A stretch of 47,883 nt of DNA from Nitrospirota bacterium (GTDB taxonomy: Bacteria > Nitrospirota > Thermodesulfovibrionia > UBA6902 > BMS3Bbin08): assembly GCA_016208845.1 (NCBI GenBank), contig JACQXH010000078.1:14605-62487 (forward strand), read 5' to 3'. Numbering within the stretch: position 1 is the first letter of the stretch; the number at the start of each line of letters is the position of its first letter. Both the position numbers and the translations under genes were made by a program. Below, piece after piece: positions 16,674-25,652 of this stretch. The notes below the pieces were generated by a model. The model was not told the origin of the DNA and did no database searches. It saw only the letters and a list, made by a program, of their open reading frames with translations.

Positions 16674-16752
16674 TTGTCATTCCGGCAGTTTTAAGCCGGA
16701 ATCTATCCTTTATATCCTCTGGGTTCCCGCTCAACACACTGCGGGAATGATA
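16674..16752. repeat. Two palindromic GTCATTCCGG/GGGAATGA-type hairpins
   Basis: TGTCATTCCGGCAGTTTTAAGCCGGAATC and GGGTTCCCGCTCAACACACTGCGGGAATGATA. Confidence 0.7.
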
Positions 16753-16785
16753 TCTTTTTGAGTGATTCACTATACATATCGCGCA

Positions 16786-18213
16786 TTAATTCCCCAATTT
16801 CTTTCTCAGCAATTCATTCACTATCTTTGGATTGGCCTTGCCTTTTGTCGCCTTCATTATCTGCCCTGCAAAGAATCCAAGGAGCTTTTCTTCGCCTGCC
16901 CTGAACCTCTCCACTTCTTTAGGACTCTTGCTTAATATTTCATCGACCACTTTTTCGATCTCCGACTCATCGCTTACCTGAATAAGTCCTTTTTCCTTAA
17001 CAATGGATTCAGCGTGTTTGCCCGTCTTATACATCTCTTCCAAAACCGTCTTGCCAATCCTGCCACTGATCGTGCCGTTCTCAATAAGCTTAAGCAATCC
17101 ATCAAGATGTTCTGGGCCTAGGGGACATTCATCGAAGTCTTTGTTTTCCTCATTGAGTATTCTCCTGAGATCGCCTATCATCAAGTTACTTACTGACTTG
17201 GATGACGATCCAAGATTCACTGTTTTTTTGAATAAGTCTGAGCTGGACCTGTTAATAGACAGCAGATTTGCATCATGTTCTGGCAACCCGTGTTGAATCA
17301 AACTCTGTTTTCTTTCGTCAGGAAGTTCCTCAATCCCCTCCTTTATTCTTTCAATCCATGCATTATCTACTTCCACAGGCACAAGATCCGGCTCAGGGAA
17401 ATACCGGTAATCATGAGCCTCTTCTTTTGAACGCATGGATTCCGTGATACCTTTGTTTGAATCCCAGAGGCGCGTCTCCTGAACTATCCTTCCGCCTTCG
17501 TTGAGAATTTTGATCTGCCGCTTTATCTCATACTCAAGCGCCTTTTCAACAAAACGGAAAGAATTCATGTTCTTGATCTCGGTCTTTGTGCCTAATTCCT
17601 TTTGTCCAACAGGCCGGACAGATACATTGGCATCGCATCTTAGCGAACCCTGTTCCATATTCCCGTCGCATACGCCGATATCACGGACAATCGCTCTTAA
17701 TTTTTTTACAAACTCCGCAGCCTCCTGCGGACTGCGTATGTCAGGTTCTGATACAATCTCCATCAGGGGCGTGCCGGCCCTGTTCAAATCAACGAAACTG
17801 TGACTGCCCGCGCCTTCGTGTATGTTTTTCCCCGCGTCTTCTTCAAGGTGGATCCTTGTAAGCCCGATCTTTTTTGTAATTCCGTCAACCGTGATCTCCA
17901 CAAATCCATGTTCGCATATGGGTAGTTCATACTGGCTTATCTGGTAACCCTTCGGAAGGTCGGGATAGAAGTAGTTCTTTCTTGCAAACCTGCTGTAAGG
18001 GGCGATCCTGCAATTTACTGCAAGCCCTGTCTTGATCACATACTCAATCGCCTTTTTGTTCATCACAGGCAAAACACCCGGCATCCCGATGCAGACCTGA
18101 CACGTCTGCGTGTTCGGCTCCGCGCCGAATTTTGTCGAGCACCCGCAGAACATCTTTGAGTCGGTTGAAAGCTGTGCGTGTATCTCAAGCCCTATGACTG
18201 ATTCGTATTGCAT
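16786..18213 (-). CDS. gatB: Asp/Glu-tRNA(Asn/Gln) amidotransferase subunit B
   Basis: MQYESVIGLEIHAQL, CQVCIGMPGVLPV and LHLEEDAGK, with full-length collinearity (475 aa). Confidence 0.95.
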   Translation of the reverse strand: MQYESVIGLEIHAQLSTDSKMFCGCSTKFGAEPNTQTCQVCIGMPGVLPVMNKKAIEYVIKTGLAVNCRIAPYSRFARKNYFYPDLPKGYQISQYELPICEHGFVEITVDGITKKIGLTRIHLEEDAGKNIHEGAGSHSFVDLNRAGTPLMEIVSEPDIRSPQEAAEFVKKLRAIVRDIGVCDGNMEQGSLRCDANVSVRPVGQKELGTKTEIKNMNSFRFVEKALEYEIKRQIKILNEGGRIVQETRLWDSNKGITESMRSKEEAHDYRYFPEPDLVPVEVDNAWIERIKEGIEELPDERKQSLIQHGLPEHDANLLSINRSSSDLFKKTVNLGSSSKSVSNLMIGDLRRILNEENKDFDECPLGPEHLDGLLKLIENGTISGRIGKTVLEEMYKTGKHAESIVKEKGLIQVSDESEIEKVVDEILSKSPKEVERFRAGEEKLLGFFAGQIMKATKGKANPKIVNELLRKKLGN

Positions 18214-18942
18214 TTACGCGTTCCAGTAATCCTTTGACACTTTATAAATCTTTGCCAAATATTTCTCACAGGCTGCTACAATTTTCTCAGCTTCTTTTAA
18301 GTCCTCTTTAGCCGTATCTTCATCAATGGACGTCTGAAAATCATAATCGCCTATCTGCCGCTCTTTAAACAATTTTTTCAAAGTCTTGCTGAACGAGGAA
18401 GAAAATTTTCGTGTCTTGATAAATTCTCTGTTAAATGCTCCTATGGTCTGGCCGTGTGATGAATAGTGCAGTCCCTTTGAAAGCAACACAGCAGAGATGG
18501 CATGAAAGACCGCATAGTAAGAGCGGGATACGGTGTCGTCATAATGATCGTTTTCCAAATTGGTTTTAGCTGTTTTCAGTTTTTCCAGCGCCTTGCCAAG
18601 CATTTGCTTGATAACATCAATATCGCCTGCTTTCATAATTCTATTCCTTCTTTTAGAATGTTTAAACCGCTCATCACATATAATGTCGCCGATTAAGACC
18701 TCATATTTGTTCAGGAAGTCTACGCTTATATTAAGAAGCATATTTTCGTATGCCTTTTTTCTCTTATCAACAACGACCAGAAAATCATAATCAGATCCTT
18801 CATGAAAATCGCCTCTTGCACGCGAGCCGAACAGGATAATGCTTTTGAGGTGATGTTTTAATCTCTGTTTGACACGCCTTGCAAATTCAATGGCTATTTT
18901 GTCTGTTCTTTTTTTCTTCATATATAGTCCCTTGCATGGCAT
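18214..18942 (-). CDS. Fused minimal nucleotidyltransferase (MNT) and HEPN domain protein
   Basis: The N-terminus has LFGSRARGDFHEGSDYDFLVVV (GSx10SDxD). The C-terminus has SRSYYAVFHAISAVLL...FKERQIGDYD, a PF05168-type HEPN. The stop codon directly abuts the gatB ATG. The likely start is ATG 18921. Confidence 0.75.
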   Translation of the reverse strand: MPCKGLYMKKKRTDKIAIEFARRVKQRLKHHLKSIILFGSRARGDFHEGSDYDFLVVVDKRKKAYENMLLNISVDFLNKYEVLIGDIICDERFKHSKRRNRIMKAGDIDVIKQMLGKALEKLKTAKTNLENDHYDDTVSRSYYAVFHAISAVLLSKGLHYSSHGQTIGAFNREFIKTRKFSSSFSKTLKKLFKERQIGDYDFQTSIDEDTAKEDLKEAEKIVAACEKYLAKIYKVSKDYWNA

Positions 18943-18966
18943 CTTGCAGGCCGCCTTTATTTTACC

Positions 18967-21255
18967 TTATTTTTCCATCTGTACACACGAAAGATAATCT
19001 TTCAAAAAGCCTTTCTCAAAAAGCAATCCCTTGAATGACTCAAGCCGTTCTCTTGGATAATTCGCCGGATGCGCTGCGGGATTGCGGTATTTGTCTTTTA
19101 TTTGAAAAAGCTCATTTTTGAAATCAAGAAGTTTTTGTTTCCCATAGGTGTTATTCAAAATAAACTGTGAAAATTGCCACAGTAACTTATCTCCGTCTTT
19201 TGCTTTTTTTGTCTTATCTATCAGTGTGCATATTTCTCCAAGTGTTATCTTTGTGTCGCATACGATAAGCCTGACTTTATCCTGAGTTTTGTATTTTATC
19301 TGACAGCCTGTTGATAAGCAGACGTCAATGATCTTCCTTTTGAATTCATTTTCAATCGCCTTTGCGTATTCGATTGCCACAAAGCCGAATTCATCGGACG
19401 GCGAAAACTGATAGGTGGTATCAAGATGCCGGGCAAGCATGAGGAAGGTCCTTGTGGCTTCATCAAGACTTTTCCATAACTGCGTACCTATCGCACCGTG
19501 ATAATAATCCTGAACGGTCTTGTTGTTGATCTGAGATGCGAATGTTTCATTTTTCTTATGAATGTTCTCAATTATCTTCTCGGTATTTTGAGTTATCAAA
19601 TTCTCAATCGAGCCTTGATTTTCCTTCATGACCTCAAAGATCGCCGTCTGCTTGTCATAAATTTCTCTGAGCATATACGTTTGCAGATCATTTTTTGCAC
19701 TTAAACTTTTGAGTGCCTTGATGATGTCGGACTTTTCCTGAATTTTATTTATAAGAACCTGCAACTGATCGCGCGTGAGAACAAATTGGCCCTTTGATTC
19801 GGTAACATGGGATTGAACCGCCGGAAAATCCTCCTTTGCGACGAGCTCGTAAAACTCGTCTATCTTGTGATACGTCCTTGCATTATGCTCATATTCAAGC
19901 TTTGTTTTTGCCGCCTCAATCTCATTCAGAAAGCCCTGATGTATCGGCAGTCCACGCTCTTGAAGGAGTTTAAACTTTGAGAGGAAGTTGATGCTGTCTT
20001 CGTATGAGTTCAGTTTTTTGGTTGTTTCAATAAAATTATACATCTCTATTACGTCTAAAGGTGTTTCATTGTGATAGCTTTTTTCAAACATACAGGCTGC
20101 ATTAAAAAGAGAGGTCTTCAAACAGGTCATAGATTCTTTGTAAGAACCTTTATTAAAGTAGGTGTTGCTTGCTGCAAAAAAACCTTTAGCTGCTCTAAAT
20201 GGATCACCAAGTTCCTCCATATCATATATTGAGGAAATAACTAAATATTCCAGTGGGCAGATTTCTAAATCATCTTTAAAGATTAAAGAGGCATTGAAGG
20301 CTAATTCGTTATTGATTTTATTATTTTCGTGCAGTGTATTGTAGAAGTCTTCAAGGAAAACAGAGTTGATTCTGCTTCCCAGTGGTTTGTACTCTATATC
20401 ATACCCTTCCCAAAATATCGTATCAGCATAGTCAATACCTGCCATGATTTGGTCTAAACTGGTTTTAGGGATAGCATCGAGTATTGCATTGCATACATCA
20501 GAAAAAGGACCTTCTATCTCGTATCTTAGGTGAAGAAGTCCACATAACTCATGAAAGTTTAATTCTTTGTCTTTTAACTTAGAAGACATGTATTGATTGG
20601 CTATTTTGTTTACCCCTTGATTCTTGTCCAATTGTTTAAAAGGATATGCTTTAAAAAAATTATTAATATCTTCATCAGGATATTCTTTTAAAATAGGGCA
20701 ATGATCAAAGACTATTTGTATAGCAATGAGCTCCAAAAGACCGTGTTTTGCGATTATCAATTTGAGGCAAGTTATGAAAAATACTTTAACTTGGGAATAA
20801 TTAATATTACTTGTAGTTGAAGACTCTTTGCTTTCTTCTGCTGGAATTGCAGGTAGTAATAGATGTGCATCATCTAAGAACCTATCATCCCCAAAGCACG
20901 TTGCATTACAGTCCTGTAGCCATTCCTTCCCAAAAAATACCCCAATATTACTTAACTCATATATCTGCTGAGCAAAATATTTATTTATTCTAAGTGGTTC
21001 TCGTTGTTTCCAGGTCCAATGCATCTCTGTCGAACTATTAATAAGGAAGCGGTTTATCTCCTCAACATTCGCTGTTTCAATACAACGGATAATGCCTTTG
21101 GCATAGTCGCTTTTGGGATCGAACTTGCCTTCCCGAATCTTCAGTATCAGCAGCTTTGTCAATGTCTCAAGATCATCAGGACTTGTTTGTAGCTTTTTAC
21201 GGAAAGCCTTCTCTTCGGAAGATTGGTTTGCTTTGAATGGAATTATCTTGCCCAT
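18967..21255 (-). CDS. Orphan 762-aa protein with a C-terminal HEPN-like module (RNxxxH)
   Basis: A long uninterrupted ORF in an AT-rich segment. I recognise no N-terminal family. The last ~170 aa read LDEATRTFLMLA...AIEYAKAIENEFKRKI...KDKYRNPAAHPANY, which is the helix-1 A/E pattern plus the Rx4H of Abi/DUF4145-type HEPN domains. Confidence 0.6.
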   Translation of the reverse strand: MGKIIPFKANQSSEEKAFRKKLQTSPDDLETLTKLLILKIREGKFDPKSDYAKGIIRCIETANVEEINRFLINSSTEMHWTWKQREPLRINKYFAQQIYELSNIGVFFGKEWLQDCNATCFGDDRFLDDAHLLLPAIPAEESKESSTTSNINYSQVKVFFITCLKLIIAKHGLLELIAIQIVFDHCPILKEYPDEDINNFFKAYPFKQLDKNQGVNKIANQYMSSKLKDKELNFHELCGLLHLRYEIEGPFSDVCNAILDAIPKTSLDQIMAGIDYADTIFWEGYDIEYKPLGSRINSVFLEDFYNTLHENNKINNELAFNASLIFKDDLEICPLEYLVISSIYDMEELGDPFRAAKGFFAASNTYFNKGSYKESMTCLKTSLFNAACMFEKSYHNETPLDVIEMYNFIETTKKLNSYEDSINFLSKFKLLQERGLPIHQGFLNEIEAAKTKLEYEHNARTYHKIDEFYELVAKEDFPAVQSHVTESKGQFVLTRDQLQVLINKIQEKSDIIKALKSLSAKNDLQTYMLREIYDKQTAIFEVMKENQGSIENLITQNTEKIIENIHKKNETFASQINNKTVQDYYHGAIGTQLWKSLDEATRTFLMLARHLDTTYQFSPSDEFGFVAIEYAKAIENEFKRKIIDVCLSTGCQIKYKTQDKVRLIVCDTKITLGEICTLIDKTKKAKDGDKLLWQFSQFILNNTYGKQKLLDFKNELFQIKDKYRNPAAHPANYPRERLESFKGLLFEKGFLKDYLSCVQMEK

Positions 21256-21290
21256 ATGATATGTTGTTTATTCTTTCTTGTAATTATCTA

Positions 21291-21746
21291 TTAAAACAAC
21301 TTCTTCTGCGGGTTTGCTTTTTGTATCTTATCCATGATTTCTTTAACAAACTTGTTAGCGCTTTCGAGAGATTTTGCAACCTCAGTTCTGGAAATAGGTC
21401 TTTCAGGTTCATATATGAAATCGTGCCTTTTAATCCTCATCCGGTTAAATCTTTCCGTTAGATTTCTGAAATCCCCGCCGAGTATCTCTTCGCAGAAGTC
21501 TACAACCGTCTTATGCTGGTTTCTGCCTTTCGGGCGATAACCCGAAAAAAACATTAAAGCCCTGCCTGCCCTGAGCATTGCATGATATGCGATTGTATAA
21601 GCCCATTCTTCGTCTATATTGATAGTTGCCTTTGAGGTAATTAAATCTTTGCCGGCACGTTTAATGTTGGAGATTATTTGCTTATCATTATAGGATATCT
21701 TTTCTATCAGACCCTGTGTTTCAAGCCTTTTTAAGCTCACGCTCAT
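21291..21746 (-). CDS. HEPN domain protein (putative toxin)
   Basis: AYTIAYHAMLRAGRALM... and RMRIKRHDFIYE (Rx4-6H). It overlaps the upstream MNT gene by 26 nt. Confidence 0.65.
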   Translation of the reverse strand: MSVSLKRLETQGLIEKISYNDKQIISNIKRAGKDLITSKATINIDEEWAYTIAYHAMLRAGRALMFFSGYRPKGRNQHKTVVDFCEEILGGDFRNLTERFNRMRIKRHDFIYEPERPISRTEVAKSLESANKFVKEIMDKIQKANPQKKLF

Positions 21747-22308
21747 CCCCTAACAACATAATTTTCTCATCTTTCAGCACATCCATAATAAACCCATCTT
21801 TTGCTTTTTTCTTAGTCAGGAACTCTTTGTAATCATAAATTATGTGATTTATGGTCCTGCCTGACATTTTCTCAAGACCGTTTATTTCCGAATCAAGCTT
21901 GTCAAAATCAACATCTCCGATGATTATCAGATCAACATCACTGTCTGCCTTTTCCTCTGCTTTTGCAAACGAACCATATATAAAAGCGAACTTAACAGCC
22001 GGAAGATTTTCTATTACAGTCTTAATCTCGCCGATAACCCCGACTGTTTTAAGAATAAGGCCTTTCAGCTCATTAAAAAAAGAACAATTCCTGTTCGTCT
22101 GAAAATACTTAAGGTTGCCATGTCTTGATGATGAAAGAATTCCGGCTTTTTCGAGAGCTGCCAGTTCGCGGCTGAGATTTGTAGAGTCTTCTTTAAGGAT
22201 GGTTGCAAGCTGGCGGACAAAGAAGCTTTCATCGCTGTGCGTGAAAAACCATGACAGCGCCTTTGCCCTGGTCCTTGAGCCAAATATTTTTTCTATTGCC
22301 TGTCCCAT
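21721..22308 (-). CDS. Winged-HTH plus nucleotidyltransferase (MNT) protein (putative antitoxin)
   Basis: The N-terminus is ArsR-like (FVRQLATILKEDSTNLSRELAALEKAGIL). The C-terminus has IYGSFAKAEEKADSDVDLIIIGD. Confidence 0.7.
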   Translation of the reverse strand: MGQAIEKIFGSRTRAKALSWFFTHSDESFFVRQLATILKEDSTNLSRELAALEKAGILSSSRHGNLKYFQTNRNCSFFNELKGLILKTVGVIGEIKTVIENLPAVKFAFIYGSFAKAEEKADSDVDLIIIGDVDFDKLDSEINGLEKMSGRTINHIIYDYKEFLTKKKAKDGFIMDVLKDEKIMLLGDERELKKA

Positions 22309-22463
22309 AGGTTATAGTAAATATTACTGCAATTGCAGTTTATATTACTGCAATCTATAGGTTCTGTCAACGCAGTTCTTTACAACTCCGGCTTTCTCTT
22401 ATGCCACCCGGTATCCTGCTCATAAGCATAAGCAATTTTCAAGATCGTTTCTTCATCAAAATG

Positions 22464-23861
22464 CTACCCGATTATCTGCAGGCCGATGGGTAAATTACCA
22501 GAAGAAAAACCGCAGGGGATGGATATGCCCGGCACTCCTGCGAGGTTGACCGATATCGTGAAAATATCTGCAAGATACATATGAAGCGGGTCATCAGTCT
22601 TTTCTCCAGACCTAAATGCCGGAGTTGGTGATGTCGGCGTGACTATCACGTCTGCTTTTTTAAATGCATTTTCAAAATCCTGTTTTATCAAGGTCCTTAC
22701 CTGCTGCGCCTTTTTATAGTATGCGTCATAGTATCCTGAGGACAATGAATATGTGCCGAGGATTATCCTCCTCTTTATCTCTGCGCCGAACCCTTTTGCC
22801 CTTGTCTTCATGTACATGTCCAGCAGATCATTGCCTTCTGTTCTTGCGCCATATTTTACCCCGTCATATCGTGCAAGATTGGATGAGGCCTCAGAGGTAG
22901 CGATTATATAATATGCGGCCACTGCATAGCCTGTATGCGGGAGCGATATCTCAACAGGAACAGCCCCGAGGGCTTCAAGTTTTCTGATCGCCTGTTTTAC
23001 GGATTCTTCCACCTCTTTGTCTATGCCCTCAATGAAATATTCACTTGGAATTCCTATTCTCATGCCTTTTATATCACGCCCGAGCCCCGAGGTAAAATCA
23101 GGCACTGCTATAGGTGCCGATGTTGAATCATCAGGGTCATGGCCTGAAATAATATTCATCAGCATAGCAGAATCTCTAACGTTTTTTGTAATAGGCCCAA
23201 TCTGGTCAAGAGATGAAGCAAAGGCAACAAGGCCATAACGGGAGACCCTTCCATATGTAGGCTTCAACCCTACAACCCCGCAGAATGATGCGGGCTGGCG
23301 TATCGACCCGCCAGTGTCAGAACCTAAAGCGGCAATGCACATATCCGATGCAACCGCAGCAGCCGACCCTCCGCTTGAGCCGCCCGGCACTGTCTCAAGA
23401 TCCCACGGATTGTGTGTACGGCCGAAAGCGGAATTTTCCGTAGATGAACCCATTGCAAATTCATCGAGATTGGTTTTACCGATCAGGATGAAGCCCTGGT
23501 CTTTTAATTTCTGTGTGACTGTGCTTTCATAGGGCGGAATAAAATTCTCAAGGATCTTTGATGAGCACGTAGTCCTGATACCATCTGTGCACATGTTGTC
23601 CTTCACAGCAAGGGAAATGCCGAGCAGCAATCCCCTGTCGCCATTTTTTATGCGGCCCTCTGCATCTGTTGCGCGGGCTAATGCGTGTTCTCTGGCAATG
23701 GTCACATAGGCCTTTATCTTGGGCTCTACGGAATCTATTCTCTTGAAGAGTGCGTTTGTCAGCTCAACAGGACTGATCTCGCCTTTATCAAGGGCTGTCC
23801 GTGCTTCGTGAATACTTAAAGTATGCAGTTCCAAGTCTCCTCCGGGAAAAATAAAAATCAA
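22464..23861 (-). CDS. gatA: Glu-tRNA(Gln) amidotransferase subunit A, ending at a premature in-frame TAG
   Basis: Amidase signature [12 protein letters not shown] and the [10 protein letters not shown] Ser-cisSer-Lys region. The ORF ends at ...IGLQIIG-TAG, and 27 further in-frame codons (HFDEETILKIAYAYEQDTGWHKRKPEL-TAA, down to 22380) encode the normal GatA tail. The real start is probably TTG near 23834, after GGAGGAG. Confidence 0.9.
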   Translation of the reverse strand: MIFIFPGGDLELHTLSIHEARTALDKGEISPVELTNALFKRIDSVEPKIKAYVTIAREHALARATDAEGRIKNGDRGLLLGISLAVKDNMCTDGIRTTCSSKILENFIPPYESTVTQKLKDQGFILIGKTNLDEFAMGSSTENSAFGRTHNPWDLETVPGGSSGGSAAAVASDMCIAALGSDTGGSIRQPASFCGVVGLKPTYGRVSRYGLVAFASSLDQIGPITKNVRDSAMLMNIISGHDPDDSTSAPIAVPDFTSGLGRDIKGMRIGIPSEYFIEGIDKEVEESVKQAIRKLEALGAVPVEISLPHTGYAVAAYYIIATSEASSNLARYDGVKYGARTEGNDLLDMYMKTRAKGFGAEIKRRIILGTYSLSSGYYDAYYKKAQQVRTLIKQDFENAFKKADVIVTPTSPTPAFRSGEKTDDPLHMYLADIFTISVNLAGVPGISIPCGFSSGNLPIGLQIIG

Positions 23862-23880
23862 ATATCAATATTAAGGATTT

Positions 23881-24016
23881 CTAAATAGAGTCTGTTTATA
23901 AAGTGCCATAAGTCACTGGTTACGTCATTGCCGCTTGTCGGGAATCCTTCTGAAAAAAGATTCCGGACAAGCCGGAATGACAGCAAGACAGGAGTTTATA
24001 AACAGACTCTAAATAG
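23881..24016. mobile_element. Complete palindromic MITE with ~22-nt terminal inverted repeats
   Basis: The left TIR is CTAAATAGAGTCTGTTTATAAA (23881-23902). The right TIR is TTTATAAACAGACTCTAAATAG (23995-24016). The core palindrome is GTCATTGCCGCTTGTCGGGAATCC...GATTCCGGACAAGCCGGAATGAC. Confidence 0.85.
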
Positions 24017-24150
24017 AGTCTGTTTATAAATATCGCTAAATGTCACCCTGAGCCTGTCGAAGGGTGAGAAACTGCTTAATCCATCTCATGGTTCGACAAG
24101 CTCACCATGACAAGCTGGATATATCACGCATCTTATAAAAAGATTCTATT
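24009..24150. mobile_element. Second MITE with the same left TIR and a different cargo, overlapping the first head-to-tail
   Basis: CTAAATAGAGTCTGTTTATAAA (24009-24030), then GTCACCCTGAGCCTGTCGAAGGGTGA, then GGTTCGACAAGCTCACCATGAC, then a degenerate right TIR CTTATAAAAAGATTCTATT. The cargo words recur at 30421-30535. Confidence 0.7.
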
Positions 24151-24212
24151 AAGTATTTACCTTGAACATTTTACTATTTTATTCCTCTATCTCACAACTG
24201 CATTAACTGATT

Positions 24213-24293
24213 AACCACAGAGATCACATAGAAACACAATGATAATACAGAAAAAAGCCTCATTTTATTATTCTTCTCTGTGTCCTCTGTGGT
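24213..24293. repeat. 81-nt CACAGAG-word hairpin element
   Basis: AACCACAGAGATCACATAGAAACAC...CTCTGTGTCCTCTGTGGT. It belongs to the same family as 6827-7017. Confidence 0.7.
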
Positions 24294-24364
24294 AATTTTT
24301 TTGATTAATTGAGATCTTTTTTATTTGACGTAAACATGAAACAATTGATAGCATATATGTCTAA

Positions 24365-25399
24365 ATGATAAAGCTTAGTTTCACCAGGAGCAACGGCCCG
24401 GTTGACGAGGCGATAGACAGCCTGCTCGAGCTTGCGGAAGTTAACGGCAACACAAACCTTATCCGTGAAATGATCCTTGCTGCGCTAAAGGCCGGCCAGG
24501 AAGGCAGCGACAAGATCACCCTCAGGCTCATGAATACCACAATGAAGGAGATGCGTTTTACCGGAAAGGTTTTTGGCGCATACAGGGACGTAAAAAAAGT
24601 AACTGTTTTTGGTTCTGCCCGGACCCGGCCGGATGAGCCGGTATATGAGATGGCGCGTCTCTTTGGAAAAAAGCTCGCTGATGCTGGATATATGGTCATA
24701 ACTGGCGGCGGGGGCGGTATCATGCAGGCCGCCAATGAGGGCGCAGGGCCTGAGAATTCCTTTGGAGTAAATATCCAGCTCCCCTTTGAACAAAAACCAA
24801 ATCCCGTTGTTCTTGGGAATCCCCGGCTTATTACATATAAATACTTCTTTGTCCGGAAGGTCGCATTTATCAAGGAGGCGAGCGCCATCGCCCTTTTCCC
24901 CGGCGGATTCGGCACCCTTGATGAGGCAATGGAGACCCTCACTCTGCTTCAGACGGGAAAACATAACCCCATGCCTCTGGTCCTTGTTGATGAACCGGGG
25001 GGGACCTACTGGCAGCAGTGGATGAGGATCTTCAGGGAAGAGCTCCTTGCTGACGGATATATAAGCGAATCTGATTTTAATTTATTTGAATGGGTCGATA
25101 CGGTTGATTCCGCTGTCAAGAAGATCACCCATTTCTACCGCCGCTATCACAGCGTGAGATATGTTAATAAAAAACTTGTGATCAGGCTTTTATCGAATGT
25201 TGACGCTCCATTTGTCGAAGACCTCCATAAGCGTTACTCAGACATCCTGCTTCCGAACGGGAAAATGTATTTATCAAACAGCCTTCCTGAAGAGGCTGAT
25301 GACCCGGCGATTATCCACCTGCCAAGGCTGGTGATGAATTTTAATTGCAAGGATTACGGCCGGCTCAGACAGCTTATTGACGATATAAATAATTATTAA
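24365..25399 (+). CDS. LOG/TIGR00730-family Rossmann protein (nucleotide 5'-monophosphate nucleosidase-like) with a C-terminal extension
   Basis: VTVFGSARTRPDEP, ITGGGGGIMQAANEGA and PGGFGTLDEAMETLTL. Confidence 0.8.
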   Translation: MIKLSFTRSNGPVDEAIDSLLELAEVNGNTNLIREMILAALKAGQEGSDKITLRLMNTTMKEMRFTGKVFGAYRDVKKVTVFGSARTRPDEPVYEMARLFGKKLADAGYMVITGGGGGIMQAANEGAGPENSFGVNIQLPFEQKPNPVVLGNPRLITYKYFFVRKVAFIKEASAIALFPGGFGTLDEAMETLTLLQTGKHNPMPLVLVDEPGGTYWQQWMRIFREELLADGYISESDFNLFEWVDTVDSAVKKITHFYRRYHSVRYVNKKLVIRLLSNVDAPFVEDLHKRYSDILLPNGKMYLSNSLPEEADDPAIIHLPRLVMNFNCKDYGRLRQLIDDINNY

Positions 25400-25419
25400 A
25401 AGGCACAAAGTTGCACAGG

Positions 25420-25585
25420 CACAAAGATAACCACTGATAAAATAAAAAATTATTTAGCCACGGATTAACACTGATAAACACAGATCTGCCTATCGGCAGG
25501 GTTTTTAGGATAAATGCGGGTCATTCGTACCCAGCATTGCAGTAAAGCCTTTTCTGTAACTCCCGACAAGCCGGAATGACAAAGC
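25420..25585. repeat. Word repeats (GGCACAAAG, TAACACTGAT/AAACACAGAT), a CTGCCnnnnGGCAG hairpin and half of a GGAATGAC palindrome
   Basis: TTAGCCACGGATTAACACTGATAAACACAGATCTGCCTATCGGCAGGGTTTTT, followed by CTCCCGACAAGCCGGAATGACA. Confidence 0.65.
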
Positions 25586-25652
25586 TAAAACGGATTTTGT
25601 TTTTGATACCTCGCAGCTCGGAACTAGTCATATCGATTTGCTACGGTATAGT

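Noticed and set aside
24080-24110. A tRNA-like GGTTCGA motif (GGTTCGACAAGCTCACC, also at 30424-30445).
   Set aside because: No acceptor, D or anticodon arms can be built around it. It is a recurring repeat word (the 'VRQAHHD' junk-ORF motif), not a T-arm.
24361-24964. 193-aa and 159-aa ORFs antisense to the LOG-family gene.
   Set aside because: They have no recognisable motifs or RBS, and the plus-strand ORF carries the clear TIGR00730/LOG motifs.
25487-25510. CTGCCtatcGGCAG followed by GGTTTTT as a Rho-independent terminator for the LOG-family gene.
   Set aside because: The stem is only 5 bp. The same CTGCCnnnnGGCAG hairpin is a generic module of the repeat family (7511, 7588, 27727, 33098) in both orientations, so I cannot assign terminator function from sequence alone.
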